This document shows, in pieces, positions 39,541 to 49,011 of a DNA stretch of 64,000 nucleotides. Within the stretch, counting starts at the first letter, position 1; every line of letters begins with the position of its first letter. The position numbers were made by a program, and so were the translations under genes. The notes beneath the pieces were generated by a model. The model had not been told where the DNA came from, made no database searches, and saw nothing but the letters and a program-made list of their open reading frames with translations. This DNA is from Bacillota bacterium (lineage in GTDB: Bacteria > Bacillota > JAAYKD01): NCBI GenBank assembly GCA_963666425.2, contig OY762825.2, positions 1,216,001-1,280,000 on the forward strand, in the 5' to 3' direction.

Positions 39541-39563
39541 TGCTTTCTTTGGAGGTGATCTGT

Positions 39564-39947
39564 GTGATATCTTTTGAACAATTCATCATGGAAGACGGGA
39601 TACCCCTCTATATGCAGATCCTTCTTTTTATCAAGCGCGGTGTCGTAGCCGGGAATATTCAGCATGGCGACGAATTGCCCTCTCGGCGAATGCTCTCTGC
39701 TTTACTGGGAGTTAACCCGAATACAGTGCAAAAAGCGTATAAGCTGCTGGAAGACGAAGGATTGATTCGCTCACAAACCGGAGCGGCTTCTACCATGCAC
39801 CTGGATAAAAACAAGATCGAATTGGTGCGCCGCGATTTATTGGAAAGCGATGCCCGCAATGTGATTCGCGCCATGCGGCAAATGGGGCTCAGCCGGGAAG
39901 AGGCTATCCATTTAATAGAACTCTACTGGAACGAGGTGGAATCATGA
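39564..39947 (+). CDS. GntR family regulator (YtrA subfamily)
   Basis: PLYMQI, GDELPSRR, GVNPNTVQKAYKLLE.EG; GTG start after GGAGGTG. Confidence 0.93.
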   Translation: MISFEQFIMEDGIPLYMQILLFIKRGVVAGNIQHGDELPSRRMLSALLGVNPNTVQKAYKLLEDEGLIRSQTGAASTMHLDKNKIELVRRDLLESDARNVIRAMRQMGLSREEAIHLIELYWNEVES

Positions 39948-40669
39948 AGAAAGATCTTTCGGTGCTGATGCTTCTGGTGCGCAATTCTTTCTGGCGGGTC
40001 AGCGGTGTGATACTGATTATGCTAGTTTTTGAAATTTCCCATTTCTTCGCAGACCCCGCCCTTGTGCATGGCTATACGATTAGTCTGGATGAACTCTTGC
40101 AGGGTAAAATGATTGGACTGAATTTTTTCTTGGGTTCATACTGGCTAATTAGGGTTTTGATTTCTTTTGGGAGCGATATAAAAAGCAAAGAATCCTATAC
40201 CCTTCGACGTTTGCAAATCTCGGAACGCAGAGTTTGGTTTTTGCAGGTAATCTATCACACAGGATGCTTTTTAGTGCTCTATATAGCAGATGCATGGCTA
40301 ATCGTTTTATTCTATCGCTATTATTTAATCCACAGCGCTGTTCAACCTTGGAGCGAACAGACACTCTGGTTAGCGATAAAACAGAATCCATTTTCCCATA
40401 GTTTGTTACCCTTACAAAATACTTTGGGATGGCTGCGTAATTTCACACTGATTCTTGGTTTTGGAGTGACCTCGGCTTCAGAACCCATAGCCAATCGCAG
40501 GAATCAATCTGCTTTTCTGGTATATCCATTACAATTTTTGGCAATCCTCGCCTTTTTGCTCAAAATCAATACTTGGCAGTTCGATCTATTGATCACTGTA
40601 GTTGCAATTTCGTTAGCTGGTTATGCAGTCTATTATGTTTGGAAGGGAGAGAAAAAACATGATTCGTAA
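39944..40669 (+). CDS. Membrane protein, putative ABC-2 permease
   Basis: About 6 TM helices, YTLRRL motif; lies between GntR and an ABC ATPase. Confidence 0.75.
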   Translation: MKKDLSVLMLLVRNSFWRVSGVILIMLVFEISHFFADPALVHGYTISLDELLQGKMIGLNFFLGSYWLIRVLISFGSDIKSKESYTLRRLQISERRVWFLQVIYHTGCFLVLYIADAWLIVLFYRYYLIHSAVQPWSEQTLWLAIKQNPFSHSLLPLQNTLGWLRNFTLILGFGVTSASEPIANRRNQSAFLVYPLQFLAILAFLLKINTWQFDLLITVVAISLAGYAVYYVWKGEKKHDS

Positions 40670-41159
40670 ACTGGAACGTTATGCTCCCCCCGGCTTTGAA
40701 TTAAAAGCGGAATTGGGAACTATTCTCTTTCTTTCAGTAGCGTCCCTCCTTGTAAGTTTTATGTTTTTTCTACGATTTCGAGAAGCCTACAATCTTTTAT
40801 TTGAGTTTGAAAACGGGGTCAAAGTCTTATTACCCAATGCGCAAATGCCCGATTTTGAAACCTTGAGCAAAGATGCCTTTAGTTTATTCGGAGCATTATC
40901 GCTATGTATTCTCTGTTTCATTTGGTTTCATTACAGGTATCTTAAGTTTGAAACCAAGAGCGTTTATCTCATGCTGCGGTTGCCGAATCGCTTCGAGTAT
41001 CATATGCGTTGTTGGGCGATACCACTTGCCTTCCTCGTGCTTAGCTATTTGGCAATAGCGTTGTTAAAAGCTGTCTATTTCAATTATTACCTGCGTATGG
41101 TTCCCTTATCTGCCTGGCCGCCAGGCCAGAGTATGCATCTTTGGAGTGTGATCTTATGA
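40659..41159 (+). CDS. Membrane protein, putative ABC permease subunit
   Basis: 3 TM helices, SVYLMLRLP motif. Confidence 0.72.
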   Translation: MIRKLERYAPPGFELKAELGTILFLSVASLLVSFMFFLRFREAYNLLFEFENGVKVLLPNAQMPDFETLSKDAFSLFGALSLCILCFIWFHYRYLKFETKSVYLMLRLPNRFEYHMRCWAIPLAFLVLSYLAIALLKAVYFNYYLRMVPLSAWPPGQSMHLWSVIL

Positions 41160-41893
41160 TTGAACTGAAGAAAGTTACGAAGTATTATGACGAAACCTAT
41201 GCTTTACGCGGTATCGATTTACAGCTGCCGCGTGGAGAAATCGTAGGGCTCTTTGGAGAAAACGGAGCTGGGAAAACGACACTGATGAAATGCATTTTGA
41301 ATTTTATAGATTATTATGGATTCATAACCTTAGATGGAGAACCTATCACGCCCAAAAACATCGCCCAGCTTTCCTTTGCTACCTCCGAACACTCTTTTTT
41401 TCCCAATTTATCCCCTGCCGCGCACCGCGACTTCTACCGTATGCATTTTCCCAAGTTCTCCAATCAACGTTTTCAGGGGCTGATGAATTTTTTTGAATTA
41501 CCCATGGGAACGGCTTTACGCAAATTTTCAAATGGCCAGAAAAACCAATTCGAAGTGATTATGGCTTTGAGTCAGGGCGCAGATTATATTCTCATGGATG
41601 AACCCTTTGCCGGTAACGATATCTTTAATCGCGAAGATTTCTACAAGGTGCTTTTGGGCATTCTGGAACCTCACGAAACGGTGCTGCTGTCGACTCATCT
41701 GATTGAAGAAGTGGCAGGATTTATCGGCCGTGCTATACTGATTCGCAAAGGGACCCTTGTGGGAGATGTTTCTCTCATGCAACTGGAGGAAGAGGGAAAG
41801 GATCTGGTTTCGTATATTAAAGAGGCTTATCAATATAAAGCCGACCGGGTCAGTCGAGCTCTGGAAGAGTTAACCAATATTGAGAAGACTTAG
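41156..41893 (+). CDS. ABC-2 type ATP-binding protein (YtrB-like)
   Basis: GENGAGKT, FSNGQ, LMDEPF, STH. Confidence 0.92.
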   Translation: MIELKKVTKYYDETYALRGIDLQLPRGEIVGLFGENGAGKTTLMKCILNFIDYYGFITLDGEPITPKNIAQLSFATSEHSFFPNLSPAAHRDFYRMHFPKFSNQRFQGLMNFFELPMGTALRKFSNGQKNQFEVIMALSQGADYILMDEPFAGNDIFNREDFYKVLLGILEPHETVLLSTHLIEEVAGFIGRAILIRKGTLVGDVSLMQLEEEGKDLVSYIKEAYQYKADRVSRALEELTNIEKT

Positions 41894-42026
41894 AAAAGCA
41901 TATCCACCGATCCCATCTTTTGACGATTCATTAATCTTTTAACGATTCCCCTAGAGGGGTGCAAATTTCATCCAATCGATATTCTATCAACGAGAACCGA
42001 TCTTCCCTACTCCTCTCCCTAAAAAC

Positions 42027-42072
42027 AAAACGAGCCTTCAAAGCGGAATTTATCGCCTTGAAAGCTCGTTTT
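42027..42072. repeat. Hairpin repeat family, copy 3, likely a terminator
   Basis: aaaacgagccttcaaagcg...cgccttgaaagctcgtttt. Confidence 0.72.
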
Positions 42073-42353
42073 TATCATAATATTGCCTATTTACTCGAAA
42101 AAGTTGATTTTCGCGTCTCATTGTCCGAAGGACACTTTTCGCTCGATGTGCGTTTCACAGCCACAGGCTGCTTTCATATTTGTCAAGGGTACGGAATTCA
42201 CAGTATATCAGATTTCAACTTAACGAGTCACATTCGTGCAGAGAGTACGACTGAAGCACCGCCTCCGTTGGCGTGAAGTTTCGGCTTCGCCGAAGTGAAG
42301 TGTTTTTATGCAAGCGTGGAATTCCTTGTTCCGCTGGTACGTAACATGGAGAT

Positions 42354-42392
42354 AAAAAAAACGATTACTTGTCAGCAGACAAATAATCGCTA
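42354..42392 (-). terminator. Terminator of the tRNA operon
   Basis: Minus strand gcgattatttgtc-tgct-gacaagtaatcgt followed by a T run. Confidence 0.8.
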
Positions 42393-42399
42393 TTTTTGA

Positions 42400-42475
42400 T
42401 GGTAGCCCCTAGGGGCTTCGAACCCCTGTTACTGCCTTGAGAGGGCAGTGTCCTAGGCCGCTAGACGAAGAGGCC
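42400..42475 (-). tRNA. tRNA-Glu (anticodon CTC)
   Basis: GGCCTCTTCGTCTAGCGGCCTAGGACA-CTGCC-CT(CTC)AA-GGCAG...AGGGGTTCGAAGCCCCT...ACCA cloverleaf with encoded CCA. Confidence 0.96.
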
Positions 42476-42488
42476 ATAAATAGAAAAT

Positions 42489-42562
42489 TGGTTGGGGAAG
42501 AAGGATTTGAACCCTCACAAACAGATCCAGAGCCTGCTGTCCTACCGTTAGACGATTCCCCA
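42489..42562 (-). tRNA. tRNA-Gln (anticodon CTG)
   Basis: TGGGGAATCGTCTAACGGTAGGACA-GCAGG-CT(CTG)GA-TCTGT...GAGGGTTCAAATCCTTC-TTCCCCAACCA. Confidence 0.96.
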
Positions 42563-42574
42563 ACAACGTTATTT

Positions 42575-42603
42575 ATTATAGCCTGCAAATCATGTTTTGG
42601 CAA
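42575..42603 (-). promoter_or_regulatory. tRNA operon promoter
   Basis: Minus strand TTGCCA-17-TATAAT. Confidence 0.75.
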
Positions 42604-42704
42604 GAGCAGAATACGATTTTTTTTGCTTTTTGTTAAAGGGCGGCGTTCGGATTTTTCTCCGCACCGCCCTTTTGGCAATTAAGCTTGTCTGCTGCCCAAG
42701 CAAA

Positions 42705-43232
42705 TCAATATTCGATGCCTTCTTTGGCGGCAAAACCCGCATAATAGTGATGCTTGATTTCCTGCATTTCCGTCACCATATCGGCCGCTTCTTTGATCGA
42801 CTGCGGCGCATAGCGGCCGGTCAGCATCAAATCGGTCTGCTCTGCTTTGGCTTGGATCAGAGCCAACACTTTCTCAACACTGATCAGATCAAAATCCATA
42901 GCGACATTGATCTCATCCAGAATCACTAAATCATATTGACCGCCGCTGACCGCCGCCAGCGCCATCTCGTAACCGCGCTTGGCTTCCGCCAGATCGATGG
43001 CTTCGGGATTCTGCTTATCTACAAAGTTCTCGGTGCCGGTTTGCTCCAGGCGAATCATCGGCAGATACTGCCGAATGGCCAGCGCTTCCCCGTATGAGTG
43101 GTTGCCTTTCATGAATTGAATGATCATGACTTTTTTATTGTGCCCGACCGCGCGTAAGGCCAGGCCAAAAGCTGCCGTGCTCTTGCCTTTGCCATCGCCG
43201 GTATTCACCATGACGATCCCACGTTTTGCCAT
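42705..43232 (-). CDS. cobO: Cob(I)yrinic acid a,c-diamide adenosyltransferase (CobO/BtuR)
   Basis: TGDGKGKSTAAFGLALRA, QFMKG, ILDE, LTGRYAP, GIEY. Confidence 0.95.
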   Translation of the reverse strand: MAKRGIVMVNTGDGKGKSTAAFGLALRAVGHNKKVMIIQFMKGNHSYGEALAIRQYLPMIRLEQTGTENFVDKQNPEAIDLAEAKRGYEMALAAVSGGQYDLVILDEINVAMDFDLISVEKVLALIQAKAEQTDLMLTGRYAPQSIKEAADMVTEMQEIKHHYYAGFAAKEGIEY

Positions 43233-43248
43233 CTTCCTCTTCTCCTTT

Positions 43249-44391
43249 TTACTCGATGCCGTAAATCAGTGCTGCCAAAATCGCAGTCCGGTCGGCAAGA
43301 TGTTTGACAATCAGATATTCATCGGAAGAATGAGCCCCATGGCCAACGCCGCCCATACCATCTAAGGTAGGGATCCCCAAAGCGGCGGTAAAATTACCGT
43401 CGCTGCCGCCGCCGGTACCGCCGGCATTATAATGAAAACCAATTTCCGCAGCCAAAGCGGCCGCTTTTTCGTAGTAAGCCATGGCCGCCGCGCTGCGTTC
43501 CATGGGCGGACGGTTCAAGCCACCGCTGATTTCCAATTTGGCTTTGCCAACCGGCTGCAGGCTGAGAATTTCCTGGCTGACCCTTTCGCCTTCCGCAATG
43601 GTCATCACACGCATGTCAACTTTTGCCCAGGCTTCTTCCGCTACCACATTGCTGCGGGTGCCGCCGCCGATCACACCCACATTCAAGGTGGTGCCGGTTG
43701 AGAAGTTTGTCAAACTGTGAATCTTGGCAATCTGCAGAGCCAGTTCCTGAATGGCGGAAATTCCTTCTTCGGGAGAGGTGCCGGCGTGACTGGCTTTGCC
43801 GGTCACTTTAACATTGAATGCGCCTGTACCTTTACGCCAGACTTTGTAGTCACCCTGAGGACCGGTGCCCGGTTCCAACACAAAAACGGCTTTGCTTTTT
43901 TTCGCTTCCGCTTCAATCAACGCACGGGAGGTCCGGCTGCCCACTTCTTCATCGGAGTTGAGCAGGATCACGATTTTTGTCTTCGGCTGCAGCTGCAGAT
44001 CGCGATAAGCATGTAATAGCCATAAAGCGGCCAGAATACCGGCTTTCATATCCAGCACGCCGGGACCTTTGGCGATGCCTGTGGCGGGATCATAATGGAA
44101 CGGCCGTTTGGCAACTTCGCCGGCGGGGAAAACCGTATCAAAATGGCAGAGCAGCAAAATTTGTTCCTCACCGCTGCCATAGGTTATTTTTACGTGATTG
44201 CCTGATGCTGTTTGGGGCACAACTTCTACGGCTGCTCCCGTCTCGCTGAATTTATGGGCAATTTCCGCACTAAAAAGGTCAAGTAAGTCTTTGCGGTCGG
44301 AAGGCGATTCCAAATTAACAAGCTGGGCTAAGTCTGCCAACATCTGCGTTTGATGCTGCTGCAGCCAAGTATAAATTACATTAATCATCAT
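43249..44391 (-). CDS. M20 family metallopeptidase (glutamate carboxypeptidase-like)
   Basis: HFDTVF, GPGVLDMKAG, DEEVGS, SHAG, GGGSDGN, GAHS. Confidence 0.92.
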   Translation of the reverse strand: MMINVIYTWLQQHQTQMLADLAQLVNLESPSDRKDLLDLFSAEIAHKFSETGAAVEVVPQTASGNHVKITYGSGEEQILLLCHFDTVFPAGEVAKRPFHYDPATGIAKGPGVLDMKAGILAALWLLHAYRDLQLQPKTKIVILLNSDEEVGSRTSRALIEAEAKKSKAVFVLEPGTGPQGDYKVWRKGTGAFNVKVTGKASHAGTSPEEGISAIQELALQIAKIHSLTNFSTGTTLNVGVIGGGTRSNVVAEEAWAKVDMRVMTIAEGERVSQEILSLQPVGKAKLEISGGLNRPPMERSAAAMAYYEKAAALAAEIGFHYNAGGTGGGSDGNFTAALGIPTLDGMGGVGHGAHSSDEYLIVKHLADRTAILAALIYGIE

Positions 44392-44513
44392 AACACCCCT
44401 TTCCTATCTAATTATTTGATTCGATAATTCACGCTTAAACTCCTGCTCTTAAAGCCAGACCGCAGCCGGACCATAGGGATTTTTCTTGATTCGCTTGTTC
44501 ATAATTTGTTCAT

Positions 44514-44541
44514 TTGACAGTCTGTCCAGGTTCGATATAAT
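44514..44541 (+). promoter_or_regulatory. Sigma-A promoter for the marR-ABC operon
   Basis: TTGACA-16-TATAAT. Confidence 0.7.
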
Positions 44542-44616
44542 GAAAGCAGAAAAGTTTCAGATACAAAAATATTTCTTTATTAAATTATTAGCAAGCATAG
44601 CAAAAGGGGTGACGAT

Positions 44617-45126
44617 ATGGCAGAAGAACTGAATGAAACGACCACTGAAACCAAATTGGCTCAAGATCTAACCCGGGCAATCCGTCATTTCAATCGATGC
44701 TATCGGCCTGAGCCGGAAAACACCGATCTGAAACCAAAAATGATGATGCTGCTGCACTTTCTCGCGCATAAAAAACATCATGGCAGCGAGTTGGTCTCGC
44801 TTTCGGCGATTGGCGAAGAAATGCGCCTCTCCCCGCCCAGTGTGACACTGATGCTGAATCCAATGGAAAAAAGCAATTACATCCTGCGCATTCGCGATTT
44901 GGAAGATCGGCGGGTTGTTTTTGTGCAAATCACGGAGAAGGGTGAAAAAGCGGTGCGCGAATTGTATGAAGCCTTTTTAAGCAATGCCCGCATCATGGTA
45001 CAATTACTGGGGGAAGAGGACAGCCGCACTTATATCGATTTAATGAACAAATTAACCCGTCTTTACCGTGCCTATATGAAACAGGAGGGACTCGAACAAT
45101 CTCACGAAAGTAGGACTGAACCGTAA
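44617..45126 (+). CDS. MarR family regulator
   Basis: LSPPSVT...MEKSNYILR...DRRVVFVQITEKG. Confidence 0.9.
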   Translation: MAEELNETTTETKLAQDLTRAIRHFNRCYRPEPENTDLKPKMMMLLHFLAHKKHHGSELVSLSAIGEEMRLSPPSVTLMLNPMEKSNYILRIRDLEDRRVVFVQITEKGEKAVRELYEAFLSNARIMVQLLGEEDSRTYIDLMNKLTRLYRAYMKQEGLEQSHESRTEP

Positions 45127-46893
45127 ATGCTAAAACTACTAAAGAAATTTAAACCTTATCTGCCCAGTTTCCTGCTGGTTTGCTTAATGGTGTTCGGGCG
45201 CTCCATGGCGGACTTAAAACTGCCGTCCATTATGGCCGATATTATCAATAAGGGCATCAGCAACGGTGACATTCCCTATATTCTGCGCATGGGAGGATTG
45301 ATGCTGCTGGTTGCCTTAGGAGGCATGGCTTGTGCGATTGCCACCAGTTATCTTTCCTCACGCAATGCCATTGGGTTTTCCCGTGATCTGCGCAACGAAG
45401 TCTTCGGCAAAATCGAGAGTTTTTCTCAAAGTGATTTTGACCGTTTTGGCACTTCCTCTTTAATCACCCGCAGCACCAACGACATCCAACAAATGCAGAT
45501 GGTACTGATGATGGGACAGCGGATGATGCTGAGCGCCCCGATCATGTTTATCGGCGGAATTTTAAATGTTCTGCGCAGCGATTTCGCCTTAAGCCGTATT
45601 CTGATCATTGCGCTGCCTGCCGTTTTCCTCACCGTAATCCTGATCGGACGCCGGGCAACGCCTTTATTTCAGGTCATGCAGAAAAAATTGGATCACTTAA
45701 ATCTGGTCATTCGCGAAGGATTGTCCGGAGTGCGCGTGGTCCGTGCGTTTAACCGCGACGATTATCAACAAGAACGCTTCAAGGAAGCGAATGAAGATCT
45801 GACCAACAACTCCATTAAGGTCAATCGTTTACTCGGTTTGCAATCTCCCCTGATGTCGTTGATCATGAATTTCACCATTATTGCAATTATCTGGATGGGC
45901 AGCTTTGCCATCAATACCGGCAACCTGATGATTGGCGACATGATCGCTTTTATCCAATATGTCGGGATGATCCTCGGTGCCTTAATGGGGCTCTCCATGA
46001 TTTTTATCATGTTGCCTCGGGCTGCTGTTTCCGCCAATCGGATTAATGAAATTCTCGATGCTCCCATCACCATCGGAGACCGTCAAAACATTCAAACGCT
46101 GCCCGGAGCGGCAGGATTTACGCTGGAGTTCGATCATGTCAGTTTCCGCTATCCCGGCAGTGAGGCTGCTGTGCTGCATGATATTTCCTTTCGCGCCGTG
46201 CCGGGTCAGACGGTTGCCATTATCGGCGGGACCGGTTCCGGTAAATCCAGTCTGGCTAATTTGCTGCTGCGCTTTTACGATGTGGAACAGGGCTCGATTA
46301 CCTTCAATGGCATTGACATCCGCAATTTGAGTCTACAGGATTTACGGGCAAAGATTGGTTATGTCTCACAAAAAGCGCTGCTCTTTACCGGCAGCATTGC
46401 CGATAATATTCGTTATGGCAAGAGTGATGCAACCGTAGAGGAAATTAAAGAAGCGCTTACCATCGCTCAGGCTTCCGACTTTGTCTTGAATACCCCGGAC
46501 GGGATCGAAGCCACTGTATCACAAGGAGGTACCAATTTCTCCGGCGGTCAAAAGCAACGGCTTTCGATTGCGCGTGCTTTGGTGCGTCATGCCGCTCTCT
46601 ATCTCTTTGATGATAGTTTTTCAGCACTCGACTTTAAGACCGATGCCAATCTTCGCATCGCCTTGAAAGAAGTCACGCAAGACGCAATCGTCATTATCAT
46701 TGCCCAGCGCGTCAGCACAATTATGAATGCCGATTTGATTCTGGTAATGGATGAGGGCCGCTTAGTCGGCAAAGGAACGCATGAAGAATTGCTGCAAAGC
46801 TGCCAGGTTTATCAGGAGATCCTTTCTTCTCAGCTTTCCTTAGAAGAATACACACCTACGCTGCCTGTCGGAGAGGAGGACAAAAGCAAATGA
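45127..46893 (+). CDS. Heterodimeric multidrug ABC exporter subunit (TM287-like, degenerate site)
   Basis: SLITRSTNDIQQ, GGTGSGKS, FSGGQKQR, degenerate Walker B FDDSFSALD, AQR. Confidence 0.93.
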   Translation: MLKLLKKFKPYLPSFLLVCLMVFGRSMADLKLPSIMADIINKGISNGDIPYILRMGGLMLLVALGGMACAIATSYLSSRNAIGFSRDLRNEVFGKIESFSQSDFDRFGTSSLITRSTNDIQQMQMVLMMGQRMMLSAPIMFIGGILNVLRSDFALSRILIIALPAVFLTVILIGRRATPLFQVMQKKLDHLNLVIREGLSGVRVVRAFNRDDYQQERFKEANEDLTNNSIKVNRLLGLQSPLMSLIMNFTIIAIIWMGSFAINTGNLMIGDMIAFIQYVGMILGALMGLSMIFIMLPRAAVSANRINEILDAPITIGDRQNIQTLPGAAGFTLEFDHVSFRYPGSEAAVLHDISFRAVPGQTVAIIGGTGSGKSSLANLLLRFYDVEQGSITFNGIDIRNLSLQDLRAKIGYVSQKALLFTGSIADNIRYGKSDATVEEIKEALTIAQASDFVLNTPDGIEATVSQGGTNFSGGQKQRLSIARALVRHAALYLFDDSFSALDFKTDANLRIALKEVTQDAIVIIIAQRVSTIMNADLILVMDEGRLVGKGTHEELLQSCQVYQEILSSQLSLEEYTPTLPVGEEDKSK

Positions 46894-48953
46894 GTAAAAA
46901 AGAATTCGAGTCATCGGCGCCTCTCACCGATCAGCAAGCTGCCACAACACCTCAAAATGATGCCACTGCTAAGAAAACAGAAAAAGAACGTCTCAACACC
47001 CGCGGGGAGTTTGCCAATCGCCGTCAAGGTGGGCCAATGATGCGTCCCGGCGGCGGTGGTCCCGGTGGCCCTGGCGGCGGCGGTCCCGGTGGTCCCGGTA
47101 GATTTCTTCCGGGTGAAAAGGCGAAAGATTTCCGCGGAACGCTAAAGCGTTTGGTTCGCTATCTGCGCCCTCATTGGGGCAGCTTGATTTTTGTGATCAG
47201 CTCTACCATCTGCGCCACCGTCTTAAGTGTTTTGGCACCAAAAGTGAACGGTCAAGTCACCGATAAAATTCTGGAAGGCCTGAAATTAAACGGCCTCGGC
47301 GGTATCGATTTTTCTGCTGTTCAGCATATTCTGTTGATTTTAGCATCACTCTATATCGGCAACAGTATTTTACTTTATCTGCAGAATTGGATTATGACCG
47401 GAGTCTCGCAAAAAATCGTGCGCAAGATGCGCAGCGATATCAGCGCCAAACTTTCCCGCCTGCCCTTGAAATACTACGACAGTCAGACGCATGGAGAATT
47501 GCTCAGCCGCGCTGTCAATGATGTGGATACCGTCAGTTCTTCTCTGCAGCAATCGCTCAATCAATTGATCAGTGCGGTCATCACCCTGGCCGGTATTCTG
47601 ATCATCATGGTATCGCTGAATCGCATTATGACCTTGATTACTTTGGTCACCATACCGCTCAGCCTGATTGTTACCAAAGTGATCACCCAGCGCTCCCAAC
47701 CTCTCTTTGTACAGCAGCAGCGTTTGATCGGCAACATCAATGGCCATATCGAAGAAATGTATACCGGTCACCCCGTTGTCAAAGCCTACGGCAGAGAAGA
47801 AGCAAATACCGTCAAGTTTCAGTCGCTGACCGCGAATCTCTATACCGTTGGTGTCAAGGCGCAATTCATCTCCGGCATCATCATGCCGCTGCTCGGTTTT
47901 ATCGGTAATTTAGGTTATGTCGGTGTCTGCATTCTGGGCGGCTACCTGGCTGTGCAGGGCAGTATGTCCATCGGCAAAATTCAGAGTTTTCTGTCTTATA
48001 TCCGCCAGTTCAATCAGCCGATCAATCAGACAGCGCAAATTGCTAATATTCTGCAATCCACCGTCGCCGCAGCGGAGCGCGTTTTTGAATTGCTGGACGA
48101 AGAAGAAATGTCAGCCGAACCTGAGGAGAACAAACTGCCTGCTTTTGTGCAAGGCAATGTCAAAATCGAACATGTCCGCTTTGGCTATCAACCGGATGAA
48201 CCGATCATTCATGATTTTACCGTCGATATCAAATCCGGCCAGATGGTTGCCATTGTGGGCCCAACCGGAGCCGGTAAAACTACGCTGGTCAATTTACTGA
48301 TGCGTTTCTATGAATTGGACGGCGGTAAAATCTCCATCGACGGTATTGACATCGCCACACTGAATCGCCGCGAACTGCGCAACCAATTTGGGATGGTGCT
48401 GCAGGATACCTGGCTTTACAACGATACCATCCGTGCCAACATCGCTTATGGTCAAGCGGACGCAACGGAAGAACAAATCATGGCAGCTGCCAAAGCCGCT
48501 TACGCCGATTACTTTATCCGCACACTGCCCGACGGTTATCAAACGGTCTTAAACGAAGAAGCCTCCAATATTTCCTCCGGACAAAAACAGCTCCTGACCA
48601 TCGCCAGAGCATTCCTGAGCGACCCCCGCATCCTGATTTTGGATGAAGCAACCAGTTCGGTCGATACCAGAACCGAACAATTGATTCAAAGCGCCATGGG
48701 CAATCTGATGAAGAACCGTACTTCTTTTGTGATCGCTCACCGCTTATCCACCATTCGGGAAGCGGATGACATTCTGGTAATGAATCAAGGCGACATTATT
48801 GAACAGGGCACACATGAAGGTCTGCTGGCCAAAGGCGGCTTCTATGCCTCGCTCTATCAGAGTCAATTTGCCGGTCAGAGCATCGATGAAGCGGTAGCTG
48901 ATACCAAGCAGCGCAAAATTGCCCGCGGTGAAGCCGTACCCTATTCGGCTTAA
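46890..48953 (+). CDS. Heterodimeric multidrug ABC exporter subunit (TM288-like)
   Basis: GPTGAGKTT, ISSGQKQLL, LDEATSSVD, AHRLSTI. Confidence 0.93.
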   Translation: MSKKEFESSAPLTDQQAATTPQNDATAKKTEKERLNTRGEFANRRQGGPMMRPGGGGPGGPGGGGPGGPGRFLPGEKAKDFRGTLKRLVRYLRPHWGSLIFVISSTICATVLSVLAPKVNGQVTDKILEGLKLNGLGGIDFSAVQHILLILASLYIGNSILLYLQNWIMTGVSQKIVRKMRSDISAKLSRLPLKYYDSQTHGELLSRAVNDVDTVSSSLQQSLNQLISAVITLAGILIIMVSLNRIMTLITLVTIPLSLIVTKVITQRSQPLFVQQQRLIGNINGHIEEMYTGHPVVKAYGREEANTVKFQSLTANLYTVGVKAQFISGIIMPLLGFIGNLGYVGVCILGGYLAVQGSMSIGKIQSFLSYIRQFNQPINQTAQIANILQSTVAAAERVFELLDEEEMSAEPEENKLPAFVQGNVKIEHVRFGYQPDEPIIHDFTVDIKSGQMVAIVGPTGAGKTTLVNLLMRFYELDGGKISIDGIDIATLNRRELRNQFGMVLQDTWLYNDTIRANIAYGQADATEEQIMAAAKAAYADYFIRTLPDGYQTVLNEEASNISSGQKQLLTIARAFLSDPRILILDEATSSVDTRTEQLIQSAMGNLMKNRTSFVIAHRLSTIREADDILVMNQGDIIEQGTHEGLLAKGGFYASLYQSQFAGQSIDEAVADTKQRKIARGEAVPYSA

Positions 48954-49011
48954 CAGCGAAGCAGAAAACAAATGGAATCGAGAAGAGTCGGAAAAGAATG
49001 AGGTGAGAGGA

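Noticed and set aside
41946-41962. CCCCTAGAGGGG resembling the tRNA-Glu 3' end (possible att site); also AGCCCCTAG near 29756
   Set aside because: The matches are 9 bp or less or gapped, and no integrase gene is present.
42300-42399. Possible tRNA-associated HDV-like (theta) or hammerhead ribozyme
   Set aside because: The tRNA is followed directly by a normal terminator, and no CUGANGA/GAAA core or nested double pseudoknot was identified.
42409-42682. ORFs 42409-42678 (-) and 42437-42682 (+)
   Set aside because: They overlap the two tRNA genes and their promoter, so they are spurious.
47045-47100. GC-rich repeats encoding PGGGGPGGPGGGGPGGPG
   Set aside because: A low-complexity Gly/Pro N-terminal linker, common in TM288-like ABC subunits; not a separate element.
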